64,000 bases of DNA from Gemmatimonadota bacterium (GCA_020348925.1 CP070758.1:3363688-3427687); one strand, 5' to 3'; shown: positions 1 to 10,341, counted from the first letter of the stretch. The notes: a model not told the origin generated them from the letters alone. Program-made: numbers and translations.

Positions 1-1323
1 ACCGGCGCGCAGGATGTCTTCAACATTTTAAACCTCTACCACAGAAACGGATATGTCTTAGCGAAAATCGACGACATCGATTTCGACGAAGGGACCGGAA
101 TCGTAACCGTCGTCATCGAGGAGGGTCGAATTTCCAATTTCGACATCTCCGGCAACCGTCGCACCAGAGAGCACGTCATCCTGCGGGAGTTCCCCCTTCA
201 ATCCGGACAGGTGTTTAATCTCAATAGGGCCAACAGGGGTATCAATAACATCTACAGCACCGGATTATTCGACAGAGTCCACCTGAATATTGAAAAATCG
301 GGGGATTCAACGAGCGTCTGTCTCGATGTGGTAGAGAAAAAGTTCGACCTCTTGAGGCTCGGAACCCGATACGATCGCGAATATGAGACCGAGGGGTTCA
401 TTGAGTTTCATGACGACAATCTTTTCGGATACGGCGGCAAGTTCAATCTTCACCTCCAGTACGGGCAGCGGCGGCAGCGGTATGAGATCAATCTCAGGGC
501 CGACCGGTTCTTCAGGACATATCTCACCTACCGTGGCTCGGCATACCACAGAAGACGCGAACAATATTACTACGGCTCAGACAATGTTCGACGCACCGAG
601 TACAGGGAACGGCGATGGGGCACACGATTTGCCATCGGGCAACAGATTTTTCGACTCGGCACGGTCTCTGTGGAGGGGCGAGCGGAGGAGGTGAAACTGA
701 GGACGAATTCGGAGAAAGGCCCTCAAGAAAACATCCAGATCAGGAGCCTCATATTCCGATCCGCCGTCGATAACCTGGACAGATATCCTTTCCCGGTTTC
801 TGGAAATTACTCCCATCTTTTCCTCGAGCTCGCCGACGACATCCTGGGAGGAACGGCGTCCTACGTCAAGTTTTTCGGCACCCTCGAGTCGTACGCCACC
901 TTCTTTTCAAGACACACGCTCCACCCTAAATTCAGCTTCGGCTCCATGGACCTCATCACACCCTTTTCGGAACGCTTCAAGGTCGGCGGCAACCGTATTT
1001 ACAACGAATATCCCGGCGAAGAGTACACGGTCAGGTTGTACGGATTTCACGATGAAGAGTTCGTAGGGCGCCAGCTGTTGTGGGCAAATATCGAATACCG
1101 CTACAAAACGCCTTGGTTCTCCTGGCTTGATCTGTACCTCTCAGGCCGATACGATGTGGGTTACCTGTGGCAGGAGGCCGAAACCTTCCGGAGCGACAGG
1201 ATCAAGGAGGCCTGGGGCGTAGGACTGGCCGTCGAGACACCTGTCGGGCCGGCGGAGGTCAACTACGGTCGCTCCAAGAAGGGCGAGGACCGGGTCTATT
1301 TCTCCTTCGGCTACTGGTACTGA
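1..1323 (+). CDS. Omp85/BamA-TamA family outer-membrane protein (POTRA + beta-barrel), 5'-truncated by the window edge; possibly patatin-fused PlpD-like
   Basis: Frame open from base 1 (…LYHRNGYVLAKI…VIEEGRISNFDISGNRRTREHVILREF…IYSTGLFDRV = POTRA). Barrel has RLYGF, GVGLAVETPVGP and a C-terminal aromatic YFSFGYWY. Confidence 0.85.
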   Translation, partial: TGAQDVFNILNLYHRNGYVLAKIDDIDFDEGTGIVTVVIEEGRISNFDISGNRRTREHVILREFPLQSGQVFNLNRANRGINNIYSTGLFDRVHLNIEKSGDSTSVCLDVVEKKFDLLRLGTRYDREYETEGFIEFHDDNLFGYGGKFNLHLQYGQRRQRYEINLRADRFFRTYLTYRGSAYHRRREQYYYGSDNVRRTEYRERRWGTRFAIGQQIFRLGTVSVEGRAEEVKLRTNSEKGPQENIQIRSLIFRSAVDNLDRYPFPVSGNYSHLFLELADDILGGTASYVKFFGTLESYATFFSRHTLHPKFSFGSMDLITPFSERFKVGGNRIYNEYPGEEYTVRLYGFHDEEFVGRQLLWANIEYRYKTPWFSWLDLYLSGRYDVGYLWQEAETFRSDRIKEAWGVGLAVETPVGPAEVNYGRSKKGEDRVYFSFGYWY

Positions 1324-1433
1324 GTTCCCCCCCTGCCTTTTCCGCACAATTCCTTCGACTCACAGCGCAACGCTATTCACCCAGTCTCATTGGAGCCGGA
1401 CGGACGAAGTCAACGTTCATATCCTTTTTGTAG

Positions 1434-1462
1434 TTGCCTTTCCCGGAGTGATTGTGTATATT
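1434..1462 (+). promoter_or_regulatory. sigma70-type promoter of tyrS
   Basis: TTGCCT-17 nt-TATATT about 60 nt upstream of the ATG. Confidence 0.5.
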
Positions 1463-1523
1463 CGAAAGCTCTTATGGACGCAGGAGATATGTCACAGAGT
1501 GAAGCACAGGAAAGGGATCAAGG

Positions 1524-2753
1524 ATGAAATCGGTCGAAGAACAATTTAAAGTCCTCATGCGCGGTGTGGACTACGGCGATGATGTCACCAAGCGCAACAT
1601 GGAGGAAGAATTACGGGACAGACTGAAGGCGGACCGGCCTCTGAAGGTTTACCTGGGTGTCGATCCCACCAGCCCGGATCTCCACCTGGGCCACATCGTG
1701 CCCATTCAGAAGCTGAAGCAGTTTCAGGATCTGGGGCACGAGATCACTTTTCTCATCGGGGATTTCACCGGCAGGGTCGGCGATCCCTCGGGTCAATCCA
1801 AGACACGCCCGATGCTCACCGATGAGGAGCTGAAGGTCAACGCCAAGACGTATACCGACCAGGTCTTCAGGATTCTCGACGAGAGGAGAACCCGGGTCGA
1901 ATTCAACAGTACCTGGCTCAGCAAGCTCACCTTTGAGGATGTTATCAAGCTGGCCTCCAGCTTCACTGTGGCCCAATTCCTGGAGCGGGATTACTTCAGG
2001 CGGCGATTCGACAAGGGGGAGGCCATCCATCTCCAGGAGTTTCTGTACTGCCTCATGCAGGGGTACGACGCCATTCAGCTCGAGACCGACGTCCAGATCG
2101 GCGGAGTCGACCAGCTGTTCAATCTCCTCATCGGCCGGGAGCTGCAGCGGGCTGTGGGTCAGAAGCCACAGATCGCCATCACGCTGCCGCTCCTCGTCGG
2201 CACCGACGGGACCATGAAGATGTCCAAGAGTTACGGCAACGCCATCGGCCTGTGGGAGCAACCCGGGGAGATGTACGGCAAGGTTATGAGTATCCCCGAT
2301 CATATCATGATCAACTACTTCACCCTGCTGACGGACATGCCGCTGGAGGAGATCGAGGCCATTGAGAAAGACCTGGGGTCGGAAAAACTTCATCCCAGAG
2401 ACGCCAAAATGCGGTTGGCCCGGGAGATTGTGGCCAAATTCCAGGGGGAAGACAAGGTGGCGGAGGCTGAGGAGGCCTTTGTCAGTGTCTTCCAGAAGCG
2501 GGAGCTGCCCGAGGACATGCCACAGGTGGCTGTCCCCAGGGAGTGGGTGGAGGGGGGCGTGAACGTCATAGAGCTCGTCATGGAGACGAACCAGGTGCCC
2601 AGCACCAGCGAGGCGAGACGGCTCATCCAGCAGGGCGGCCTGAAGATCGACGGGGAGAAGGTCGCATCCATAGACGAGACCGTCAAACCGTCGGATGGCA
2701 CCGTCATCAGGATGGGCAAGAGGCGCTTCGCCCAGGTGCGAGTCAAGGAATGA
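1524..2753 (+). CDS. tyrS: tyrosine--tRNA ligase
   Basis: GVDPTSPDLHLGH (HIGH), GGVDQLFN, KMSKS and a C-terminal S4 domain (STSEARRLIQQGG). Confidence 0.98.
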   Translation: MKSVEEQFKVLMRGVDYGDDVTKRNMEEELRDRLKADRPLKVYLGVDPTSPDLHLGHIVPIQKLKQFQDLGHEITFLIGDFTGRVGDPSGQSKTRPMLTDEELKVNAKTYTDQVFRILDERRTRVEFNSTWLSKLTFEDVIKLASSFTVAQFLERDYFRRRFDKGEAIHLQEFLYCLMQGYDAIQLETDVQIGGVDQLFNLLIGRELQRAVGQKPQIAITLPLLVGTDGTMKMSKSYGNAIGLWEQPGEMYGKVMSIPDHIMINYFTLLTDMPLEEIEAIEKDLGSEKLHPRDAKMRLAREIVAKFQGEDKVAEAEEAFVSVFQKRELPEDMPQVAVPREWVEGGVNVIELVMETNQVPSTSEARRLIQQGGLKIDGEKVASIDETVKPSDGTVIRMGKRRFAQVRVKE

Positions 2754-3137
2754 TGAATCATTTAGGGGAATTCACGTTTTAGGAGATCAGTGACCCATAA
2801 AGGGTGCGGTCGCGAAGGCTCTTTTGAACGGGTGTCTCCGGGGCTCAGCGGCTTGTTTCAGTTGATGTCAATCGTCGTTCCCACATAGAATCAGATCCAC
2901 CCCGCAATTCGCTTGTGTCGACTGTTCGCTTCTTACCTTCACCACTTTTATCGCAATCTTTTCGATCACTGCCCATTCACCATTCAAGATCCGATCGCCC
3001 AGCGCATCCAAACCAAATATCTCCCTCTCACAGCCCGTTCTGCCTGTCCTGATCATAATATCGGGGCCTGTCCGGCCCCAGCCTCGGGAAGTGAGAGAAG
3101 GAGTGGATTTAAGAAATAGGATGTGTCCCCCTTTTTA

Positions 3138-4562
3138 CTATTTCAGAAACACCATCTGCTTTGTCTCACTCACGGTACCGGACTTCAAATGGTAAAAATA
3201 GACGCCGCTCGGAAGCTCGGCTCCTGACTCATCCCTGCCATCCCAGGTTACCCTATAGTAGCCCGGCTCCTTGAGCCCTTCCACCAACGTCCGAACCTCC
3301 TGGCCGAGAAGATTGTAAATCTTCAGAGTTGTGTGAATGGACGATCTGTCATCTGCTATCTGATATTCAATTGCTGTCGTGGAATTAAACGGATTTGGGT
3401 AGTTCTGGGCGAGGAGACAGGTTTGGGGCAGCTCCGTGATCCCGAATTCTTCGACCGAGGTTGCCGCTTTCCAGAAAGCCGTCAGACCACCTGAGGAGGG
3501 AACATAGAGGGTACGATCGGCGATGATGGGCTGATACCAATGACCCCTCGAATCGTCGAAAAAGATCGAATCCCCTGTAGCGAGATCGAATCCCCAGAGT
3601 TGTTGCACATTCCACCAGGTCGTCACATAGACAATGCCGTTGGCGATACTCGGGGGATAAATTCCATCCACATCGAGGACTTGATGCCAGAGATAAACAC
3701 CCGTAGCTTTATCAAGGACATACACCGCCGAATTTGTATCCGCGGTTTCTAACACCGTGAAGCAGAAATAGTCATCGGCAACGGCCGCGGTCCCACCGTT
3801 GTAAAAGGGCAACTGTCCGTCCAGAATTTCATACGTCCACTCAATCTGACCGTCACTTTTTCTGAACGCCCGGATCGTTCTGGAACCGTCTTCCGCATAC
3901 ACATACTGGTTGTCCACGGACATGATCAGCCCACCCCTGAAACTAGCCTGCCATTTGATCTCACCGGTGAATTTATTGAGAGCGTAGCCGCGGGTGTACA
4001 CATTAGAATCGTCCACTGCAGGGGTGTACTGTCCTGAAACCGGAAAGGACCAGACAGTCGAGCCGTCTGCCACGTCGAGGCAATAGAGACTGTCCTTGAT
4101 GATGTACACCCGATCGCCATCTGGGATAGGGTTGCGGGTGTACAAACTGCCGATGGGCTTAAACCATACTTCCTCTCCTGTTTCCCGATTCAGGGCAAAG
4201 AGGCCTGTGCCACCCTGCCCACCGCACAGCACGAGGGAGTTGACGAAGGCCGGGGCACATCCGATGGAGCCACCTGCACTGTCAACTTTAAAGGACCACA
4301 GCAAGGTGTCGTTCTGGGGATCAATGGCGTGAACGGTGTTCCCTTGACCGAACAATAACATACCATCGTCAGACGTGAGCCATGTTCCTCCGGGTGCATT
4401 ATCGAACGTTTTCGATTCGAAGGGGGGAGCCAGTTCCGTCTCATTTTCGGCCCAGGCGGTCTGTTCTCTGCACCCGTTTACCATGGGCCAATCATACTGG
4501 CCGAAGACCTGACCTGACACGCACAGGAGCGCGACCGGAAAAAGCAGGACTTTCACGTTCAT
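3138..4562 (-). CDS. secreted PQQ-like (BamB-type) beta-propeller protein with C-terminal T9SS type A/FlgD-Ig sorting domain
   Basis: Signal peptide; repeated ALD..TG..W blades; C-terminal QNYPNPFN…KIYNLLGQEVRTLV…WDGRDESG…SGVYFY. Confidence 0.85.
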   Translation of the reverse strand: MNVKVLLFPVALLCVSGQVFGQYDWPMVNGCREQTAWAENETELAPPFESKTFDNAPGGTWLTSDDGMLLFGQGNTVHAIDPQNDTLLWSFKVDSAGGSIGCAPAFVNSLVLCGGQGGTGLFALNRETGEEVWFKPIGSLYTRNPIPDGDRVYIIKDSLYCLDVADGSTVWSFPVSGQYTPAVDDSNVYTRGYALNKFTGEIKWQASFRGGLIMSVDNQYVYAEDGSRTIRAFRKSDGQIEWTYEILDGQLPFYNGGTAAVADDYFCFTVLETADTNSAVYVLDKATGVYLWHQVLDVDGIYPPSIANGIVYVTTWWNVQQLWGFDLATGDSIFFDDSRGHWYQPIIADRTLYVPSSGGLTAFWKAATSVEEFGITELPQTCLLAQNYPNPFNSTTAIEYQIADDRSSIHTTLKIYNLLGQEVRTLVEGLKEPGYYRVTWDGRDESGAELPSGVYFYHLKSGTVSETKQMVFLK

Positions 4563-4959
4563 CTCTACCTCCGCAGGAAAAGGGTTAATGGTTGCCTATC
4601 TGGATCGGTTCGTAACGAATAATGTTCCGCTCCTTGTATTGTGATGAAGCGCCTTCTTTACATTTTGAAGGACTGGCCTTAATCTGAAAAATCGTACATC
4701 AAAGAGGTGACCTCCATTAGACATTCAACCTCCTCCCTCATGTATTCTTTATATCAGGGAGTTAAAAAATAGTCCTGAGTACGATTTCTGGTAACAAAGA
4801 ACGAGAAACCTCTATCTGTCAACGTAGAATATTGTTGAAAAATAGACTTATGTCAAGAAATTTTAAGAATATTTTTATGTTGAGACTCGAAGGATCATGA
4901 GATGGCCTTTGGATCAGCACCCAAGGATCTTTCTGTTTCTTGAGCATAGAAAATTCTCG

Positions 4960-4992
4960 TCTCCTTTTTTCAAAGGGGGACCACGGGGAATT
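4960..4992. repeat. CCCCCTTT..AAAGGGGG..AGGGGG-type palindromic repeat; related copies near 23048-23075 and 48941-48984
   Basis: ctcctttttt-caaagggggaccacggggaatt; ccccttatcaaagggggctggaggg; ctcccttacaaagggggacatagaggga. Confidence 0.5.
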
Positions 4993-5119
4993 GGATTATT
5001 TGAACATCTCGGAAATTCTACGATTTTCGAGATGTATGAGGGGATTGGGGGAAAGTTGGAGTTTGGAGGAGGGAGTAGGAAGAACCGAATCCTTCGTTAC
5101 CGGGGAACGGAGGTGAGAG

Positions 5120-5232
5120 TGCCCTGAAACATGAGCCGCTGGAGCGTCCGGCGAGCGTAGAGTCGTTTTTTCCGAGTCTGAGTCCCAGAAAATCGGGGAC
5201 GAGTTTGGAAAAAACAACGCCGTGAGCCGATG
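5120..5232. repeat. dispersed MITE/REP-like structured element, partial copy 1 (homologous to 48594-48783)
   Basis: Shared colinear blocks gccctgaa..tgagccg, cgttttttccg.gtctga.tccc, gggga.gagtttggaaaaaac, gtgagccg.tg. Confidence 0.8.
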
Positions 5233-5338
5233 CAGGAAACTTTTCGACGTTCCTTTTAACAGCCTGATTCAACACTTTTGTCTCAACACCATAGATTTGG
5301 GCAAGGTCGGCGTCCAGAATCACCTTCTGGCCACGGAT
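5231..5338 (-). pseudogene. ORF6N (KilA-N-like) DNA-binding domain fragment
   Basis: [35 protein letters not shown] is the ORF6N N-terminus. In-frame TAA just upstream; homology stops at the repeat at 5232. Confidence 0.8.
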
Positions 5339-5905
5339 TTAAAAAATCATTAAGGCCTTATTCGGATCGGACCAAATTAAGCATGCAATTGTTCGGTCAA
5401 AAAGTAGCCTGTCCCCTTTTCTTTTTCGCAATTAATGTGCTCCCATTCGCAAATATTTAATTTTGAAGGGTCGACCCTCGTAGAATTGGTTGCAAGGAGT
5501 GTCCCCGAATGACATACTTCTTTTTTGCTCTTTCATACTCACTCAAGAATGGTAAAAAAAACCTTGCCAACTCTCTTTAAACCTCATATTTTCGAAGAGC
5601 GAAAACGTATGATGTTCTCAGTCAGGATTTTGGAAGGAGGTGATGCTGTTCGATTCGTCAGACACCTTTGCTTTTCTTGCTAATAAGACTAAAAATAAAT
5701 AGTATGTTATATTCCTTTGAAATTTTTATTTAATGCGAACGGGTCTATGGTAATTTTCCCAGCGGTATATTGATTTCACTGGATTCCCGCTAACGCGGGA
5801 ATGACTTTCTTTGATATGAGAGAAAAAGGTGACTGTACTTTTTTTCCTCTTCTCGACAACGACTTCACAACAAAGAATTCTTAGATGAGTAACAAGGAGG
5901 ATACA

Positions 5906-7222
5906 ATGCATAGGAGGAGCTTCCCTTATCGGCACATTATCTTAACAGTTATAATTGTAGCCTGTCTTTCTTCACTGACCCACGCGCAGATCACTTTTAC
6001 CGAACACGTCATTACAACCGGCTACACCAACGCATCCTACGTCCACGCCGCCGACTTGGACAAGGACGATGACTTAGACATTCTGGGCGCCTCACGCGGC
6101 CTGGGATATCAAAGCTGGTGGGAGAACGACGGACACCAGAACTTTACAGAGCATGTTTTATCAGACAGTTTTCCTGGCTCGAACTGTATATTGGCGGTGG
6201 ATTTAGATACGGACGGAGATGAGGACATCTTGGCTTCGAGCAGTACCGCTAATTTCATAAAGTGGTGGGAAAACGACGGCACCGCAAGGTTCACGGCTCA
6301 CGTCATCACGGATGGGTATTCAATGGTAATAGGTGTCTTCGCTATCGACATGGATAATGACGGCGATATCGATGTCATCGGGGCCTCTCAAGGTCACGGC
6401 GCCATTCGCTGGTGGAAAAACGACGGAAACCAGAACTTCACCGAGCATTCCATCACGGAAACCGTCAGCTCCCCCTACGACGTTTTTGCCTGTGATCTCG
6501 ACGGGGATGATGACATTGATGTCATCGGATCAAGCCAGAACACGGATACCCATGTCTGGTGGGAAAACGACGGCAGCGAGAGTTTTACCGAGCATCTCTT
6601 CACCACAAATTACGGCTCCTGTAACTTTTTCGAAGCTGCGGATGTGGATGGCGACGATCTGCTGGATATCGTTGGTGCATCCTTCGGCTCTGGTGGCGTG
6701 GCCTGGTGGCACAATGAGGGAAACAGGACCTTCACCCAAAAGACAATCTCCGAGACGTTCTTCTCGGCCCCAAAGGTGCAGGCCGTCGACATGGACGGTG
6801 ATGGTGATACAGATATTGTAGGCGTATCCTACAGTATGTCTACTGTTGTCTGGTGGGAGAACGACGGAGATGAGAATTTCACTCAACATACGATTTCAAA
6901 TACCCTTGGTGGTCCCTGGCATCTCTTCGCAACCGACATTGACGGTGACGATGATATCGATGTGCTGGTCAGCGGGTTTCAATCCAATCGGATTGTATGG
7001 TTCGAAAACAGTGCCTCAAGCCGGACGAGAGGGGATACCAATGGAGATGGGGCCGTCGATCTTCTGGATATCATCACAGCCGTAAACCATATCTTGGACA
7101 CTTCGATCCTCGAGGGGGATGACCTGTGGGCGGCCGATTGCAACGACGACGGGGAAATCGATCTCCTCGATCTCATAGGTATTGTGAATGTGATTCTGGG
7201 GATCGGCGAGTGTGTACCTTGA
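5906..7222 (+). CDS. secreted FG-GAP/VCBS repeat beta-propeller protein with C-terminal dockerin type I domain
   Basis: AGGAGG RBS before ATG 5906; signal peptide; 7 repeats of D.D.DGD.DI….WWENDG..F..H; tail GDTNGDGAVDLLDI…ADCNDDGEIDLLDL. Confidence 0.88.
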   Translation: MHRRSFPYRHIILTVIIVACLSSLTHAQITFTEHVITTGYTNASYVHAADLDKDDDLDILGASRGLGYQSWWENDGHQNFTEHVLSDSFPGSNCILAVDLDTDGDEDILASSSTANFIKWWENDGTARFTAHVITDGYSMVIGVFAIDMDNDGDIDVIGASQGHGAIRWWKNDGNQNFTEHSITETVSSPYDVFACDLDGDDDIDVIGSSQNTDTHVWWENDGSESFTEHLFTTNYGSCNFFEAADVDGDDLLDIVGASFGSGGVAWWHNEGNRTFTQKTISETFFSAPKVQAVDMDGDGDTDIVGVSYSMSTVVWWENDGDENFTQHTISNTLGGPWHLFATDIDGDDDIDVLVSGFQSNRIVWFENSASSRTRGDTNGDGAVDLLDIITAVNHILDTSILEGDDLWAADCNDDGEIDLLDLIGIVNVILGIGECVP

Positions 7223-7344
7223 TGTTTATCAATTTCAGATATGTAATGACTTGGTGAGGGTAAAATCTTTATGATACAGAGATTTCTGTTTCAAACACAC
7301 CATCCATCTTACAACATACACATCACCGGATAGCTTAAATGCTT

Positions 7345-7893
7345 GCTTCCAACGAAGCATAACATTTTACAGTTTTCGCACTCCATTCTATTCGCACTGT
7401 TTACCCTTCCTGCTTCAACAAACAGCGTCACGAGTCAATCGGCCCGGAGCTGCCCAATTACACCGTCTCCGGTACAGTCTTTCACAGCATCACCCACGAA
7501 CCGCTTCCCGGCGCACAGGTGACGATCGAAGACCTGAGTGCGACCACCGACAGCCTCCGCCGGTACGCCGTTTTCCACGTCCCCGGAGGGGAAAGCCACG
7601 CCGTCACCGTTTCCAAGGTACACTTTGAAACCTTCGAAACATATCTCACAATGGGTTATGCGGATCTCGACTCCTTCGATTTTGTCCTGGGTAAAATACT
7701 CAGCTTCAGCGATCTGTTTCAGGGACCGACAGGTGAATCCAAGGGGCTGGCCTGGATCGGTGACATCACCTGGTCCAGCGACGGGCTCCGAAAAAGAATG
7801 TACGTGCACGACGGAGCGCTGGAGTGGATGAGCTCCTTCGACGCGCCGGGCTCCTTCCCCCCAGGGAGAAATACACCACCCCCTATGGTTTAA
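7345..7893 (+). pseudogene. degraded lipoprotein with carboxypeptidase-regulatory-like (Cna-B type) domain
   Basis: Frame 1 from ~7410 reads SCFNKQ…YTVSGTVFHSITHEPLPGAQVTIEDLSATTDS. A hydrophobic leader (ILQFSHSILFALFTL) lies in another frame; no intact start. Confidence 0.5.
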
Positions 7894-8223
7894 TGGCCAC
7901 GCAGGAAGGCGAAAACAGATATCTCTGGTATCGGTCGGCTTCGACAATATTTTCTGATGTCTGACCCTATAAGAGGAATATAATTACATGAACGCTAAAA
8001 TCAACGTTCTTTATTTATCTCTTCTTCCCCCCTCGTCTTCACCCTGTAAAGTATTGTTCGGCCTGACTGTTCGACCCTCCGTTTTCGCCTCAGCGAAACT
8101 TACACAATCGTCCCCTCATCTAATGAGCATATTTAGCAGAGCTACGCTTTACATTGCAGATTACGATCAGCCGAGTACGCTCAGTTGATTTCTGTGAGCT
8201 GATTACGATGAAAGGAGGGCAAC

Positions 8224-8502
8224 ATGTTCTCTGGTGCAGGTATAGGCGCCGGATTTGCCATAGGAATTGCTGCAGGAATGGTTGCAGGTCGAAAAAAGGC
8301 CGGTGACGATCTTCGAAAATTTACAGAAACAAACAATATCACCATCAGGGACGGGCACGGCGAGTGGATGCTCATCGACGATTTTCTCACCCAAGCCCTC
8401 GGCGCCCACGCCGGCGGAGATAAAAAGATCCAGGTCATAATCTGTGTACTGCTTGGTATCCTCGCCCTTCTCGGCGTGGTATTCTTTATCATGAGGTCGT
8501 GA
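8224..8502 (+). CDS. small two-TM membrane protein, hypothetical
   Basis: GGAGG RBS; two Gly-rich hydrophobic segments. Confidence 0.65.
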   Translation: MFSGAGIGAGFAIGIAAGMVAGRKKAGDDLRKFTETNNITIRDGHGEWMLIDDFLTQALGAHAGGDKKIQVIICVLLGILALLGVVFFIMRS

Positions 8503-8679
8503 ACCAGCCCTTTCTTGTTCCCGGATGCGCGGACAGAGTCTCTGTATGCTCGTCCTCGATCTCTTTAAGCCGTGATATAGATCCCAAACCGCACAGCTCA
8601 GGGTGACATGTTGATTTCACACAATCAAAGATCAAAGATACGACCCCGTATACTGTTCTCCTCCGCTCCTCTGCATCCC

Positions 8680-8740
8680 TGCTCCCATGCTCCTTGCGAC
8701 CCTCGGACATCTGAAGATCAAACATCAAAGATGCGACCCC
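8680..8740 (+). repeat. 61-bp direct repeat, left copy (right copy 10281-10341)
   Basis: tgctcccatgctccttgcgaccctcggacatctgaagatcaaacatcaaagatgcgacccc is identical at both positions. Confidence 0.92.
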
Positions 8741-8835
8741 GTATACTGCGATCCTGTCTGCTATACTACCTCCCAAAAAAATATTTTGCAAAAAGTAGCC
8801 GATCACCTTATTGCACTCTTTGCTCCTGAACTGAT

Positions 8836-9024
8836 TTAGAATTTCGGTTTCAAACCAGCTTGCTTGCATAATTCATTGGCAGTAATTCTGTCTATCGTTC
8901 GTTGTCTTTTTATGGGTATTGTCCTGATGTCATTTGTATAAATGGAATGATTTCCACCTTCACGCAGAAAGAAAAAGCCGTTTTCCTCAAAATACCTTAT
9001 TAGGTCACTACGTTTTATGGACAT
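8836..9024 (-). CDS. hicA: HicA family toxin (mRNA interferase)
   Basis: 62 aa basic protein, LIRYFEENGFFFLREGGNHSIY…IPIKR…LCKQAGL. Confidence 0.9.
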   Translation of the reverse strand: MSIKRSDLIRYFEENGFFFLREGGNHSIYTNDIRTIPIKRQRTIDRITANELCKQAGLKPKF

Positions 9025-9025
9025 A

Positions 9026-9244
9026 CTATAACTCGATAGGTACCTGTTCTAAAAGTGCCCCACCAACCGGGATCTCTTTTTCTTGTTCTCGATAGGCTTT
9101 TATCATTTCTGACAATGCATCCTTCAACATTGCCCTACATTCCTCCAGGGATGCACCCTCAGTAATAACCTCCGGCCATTCAACCAATTGTCCCATGTAG
9201 CCGGAATCTACTTTCGTGTATTTTGCAGTGTAATGGCTCAACAT
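9026..9244 (-). CDS. hicB: HicB family antitoxin (short form, no DNA-binding domain)
   Basis: YMGQLVEWPEVITEGASLEECRAMLKDAL…EIP; directly upstream of hicA. Confidence 0.9.
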   Translation of the reverse strand: MLSHYTAKYTKVDSGYMGQLVEWPEVITEGASLEECRAMLKDALSEMIKAYREQEKEIPVGGALLEQVPIEL

Positions 9245-9571
9245 TGATTCACTCCTTATTTTTCACCACATTGCGAATGATTCTATTCAACACTCTCAAT
9301 TTGCACAAAAAGTGAAGAATTGTCAAGACAAGAATTATTCTTATTTTATCCTTTTTTTGTCCTCTACTGTTCGTATTCCGTATTCTGCATTTCCTCTACC
9401 GTATTCCGTGCTCAGTCTCCCGTATTTTTTCAACTTAAAATAATCGAATTATTTCTCGGCGGTCAAACCTAAAGTGGACATGACAGGAAGCACGAGTAAG
9501 TTTCCCTTTTCGAAAGCCTGTCCTGAGCATGGTCTGAGGAGGAGATTGGGTGGGATCGAAAACCTCAAAAT

Positions 9572-9715
9572 CTATTTTCTGATGTCTGACCCTTTAAGAT
9601 TGGCTGTTTTCTTATCTGAGGAAAATGTCACAAAATCCATATCGGAAGTAAATTCCTCAACCTCGATGATCGAATTCAGGATATCTGAAACATAATCTCT
9701 CAGATCTTTTCTCAT
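9572..9715 (-). pseudogene. truncated HEPN/DUF86 (HepT-like) toxin
   Basis: ATGA-coupled to the MNT gene. MRKDLRDYVSDILNSIIEVEEFTSDMDFVTFSSDKKTAN is a DUF86 N-terminus; the ORF stops after 47 aa and lacks the RX4H motif. Confidence 0.8.
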
Positions 9716-10005
9716 GCAGTGATGACCTCTTCAAGAATATACTGCCCTATGAAAGGCTTCAAAGCCTTCTTAGAAACAAGATCAACTTTTCTTTTAAGTT
9801 GCAGTTCAAGATATTCCTCAAGTTCCATAAATTTGAAGAATCCGATAGGTTTCTCAAATTCTACAAGAATGTCAATATCGCTTGTCTCCATCTCTTCTTC
9901 CCGAACGAAGGAGCCAAACAGACCAATCTCACGCACATTGAACCGGGCTTTAAGTTCAGGCTTTAATGCGTCCAGCTTTCGAAGAATTTTTTCTCTCATA
10001 CTCAT
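9712..10005 (-). CDS. minimal nucleotidyltransferase (MNT/MntA-type antitoxin)
   Basis: IGLFGSFVREE…SDIDILVEF…L…KVDLVSK. Confidence 0.9.
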   Translation of the reverse strand: MSMREKILRKLDALKPELKARFNVREIGLFGSFVREEEMETSDIDILVEFEKPIGFFKFMELEEYLELQLKRKVDLVSKKALKPFIGQYILEEVITA

Positions 10006-10280
10006 AATTTCATCAACCTGTCCTGGATTCAAACCATATTACTTTCAAATAATACTTTTATACCACAATTTGCGAAAAAATAACCGCTGTGTCAAGAGGG
10101 GATACGTCTACTCAACATCTGCTCGTGAAAACGGACACCCATCTCCCTTTCATAGCGAGAAACATAGTATGTTTCGGGTCAAACCCTATCCAAGCCTCCT
10201 GTTTCCTCCTTTGTATCGTTCACATTCACGCTTCAACTCATATACTCTTTCACCCTTTCTCCTCCACCCCTCTGCACCTC

Positions 10281-10341
10281 TGCTCCCATGCTCCTTGCGA
10301 CCCTCGGACATCTGAAGATCAAACATCAAAGATGCGACCCC
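10281..10341 (+). repeat. 61-bp direct repeat, right copy
   Basis: Identical to 8680-8740. Confidence 0.92.

Noticed and set aside
1324-1523. T-box leader for tyrS
   Set aside because: No T-box consensus; the promoter lies only about 60 nt from the start
2868-3119. Small ORFs after tyrS
   Set aside because: No RBS or recognisable motif
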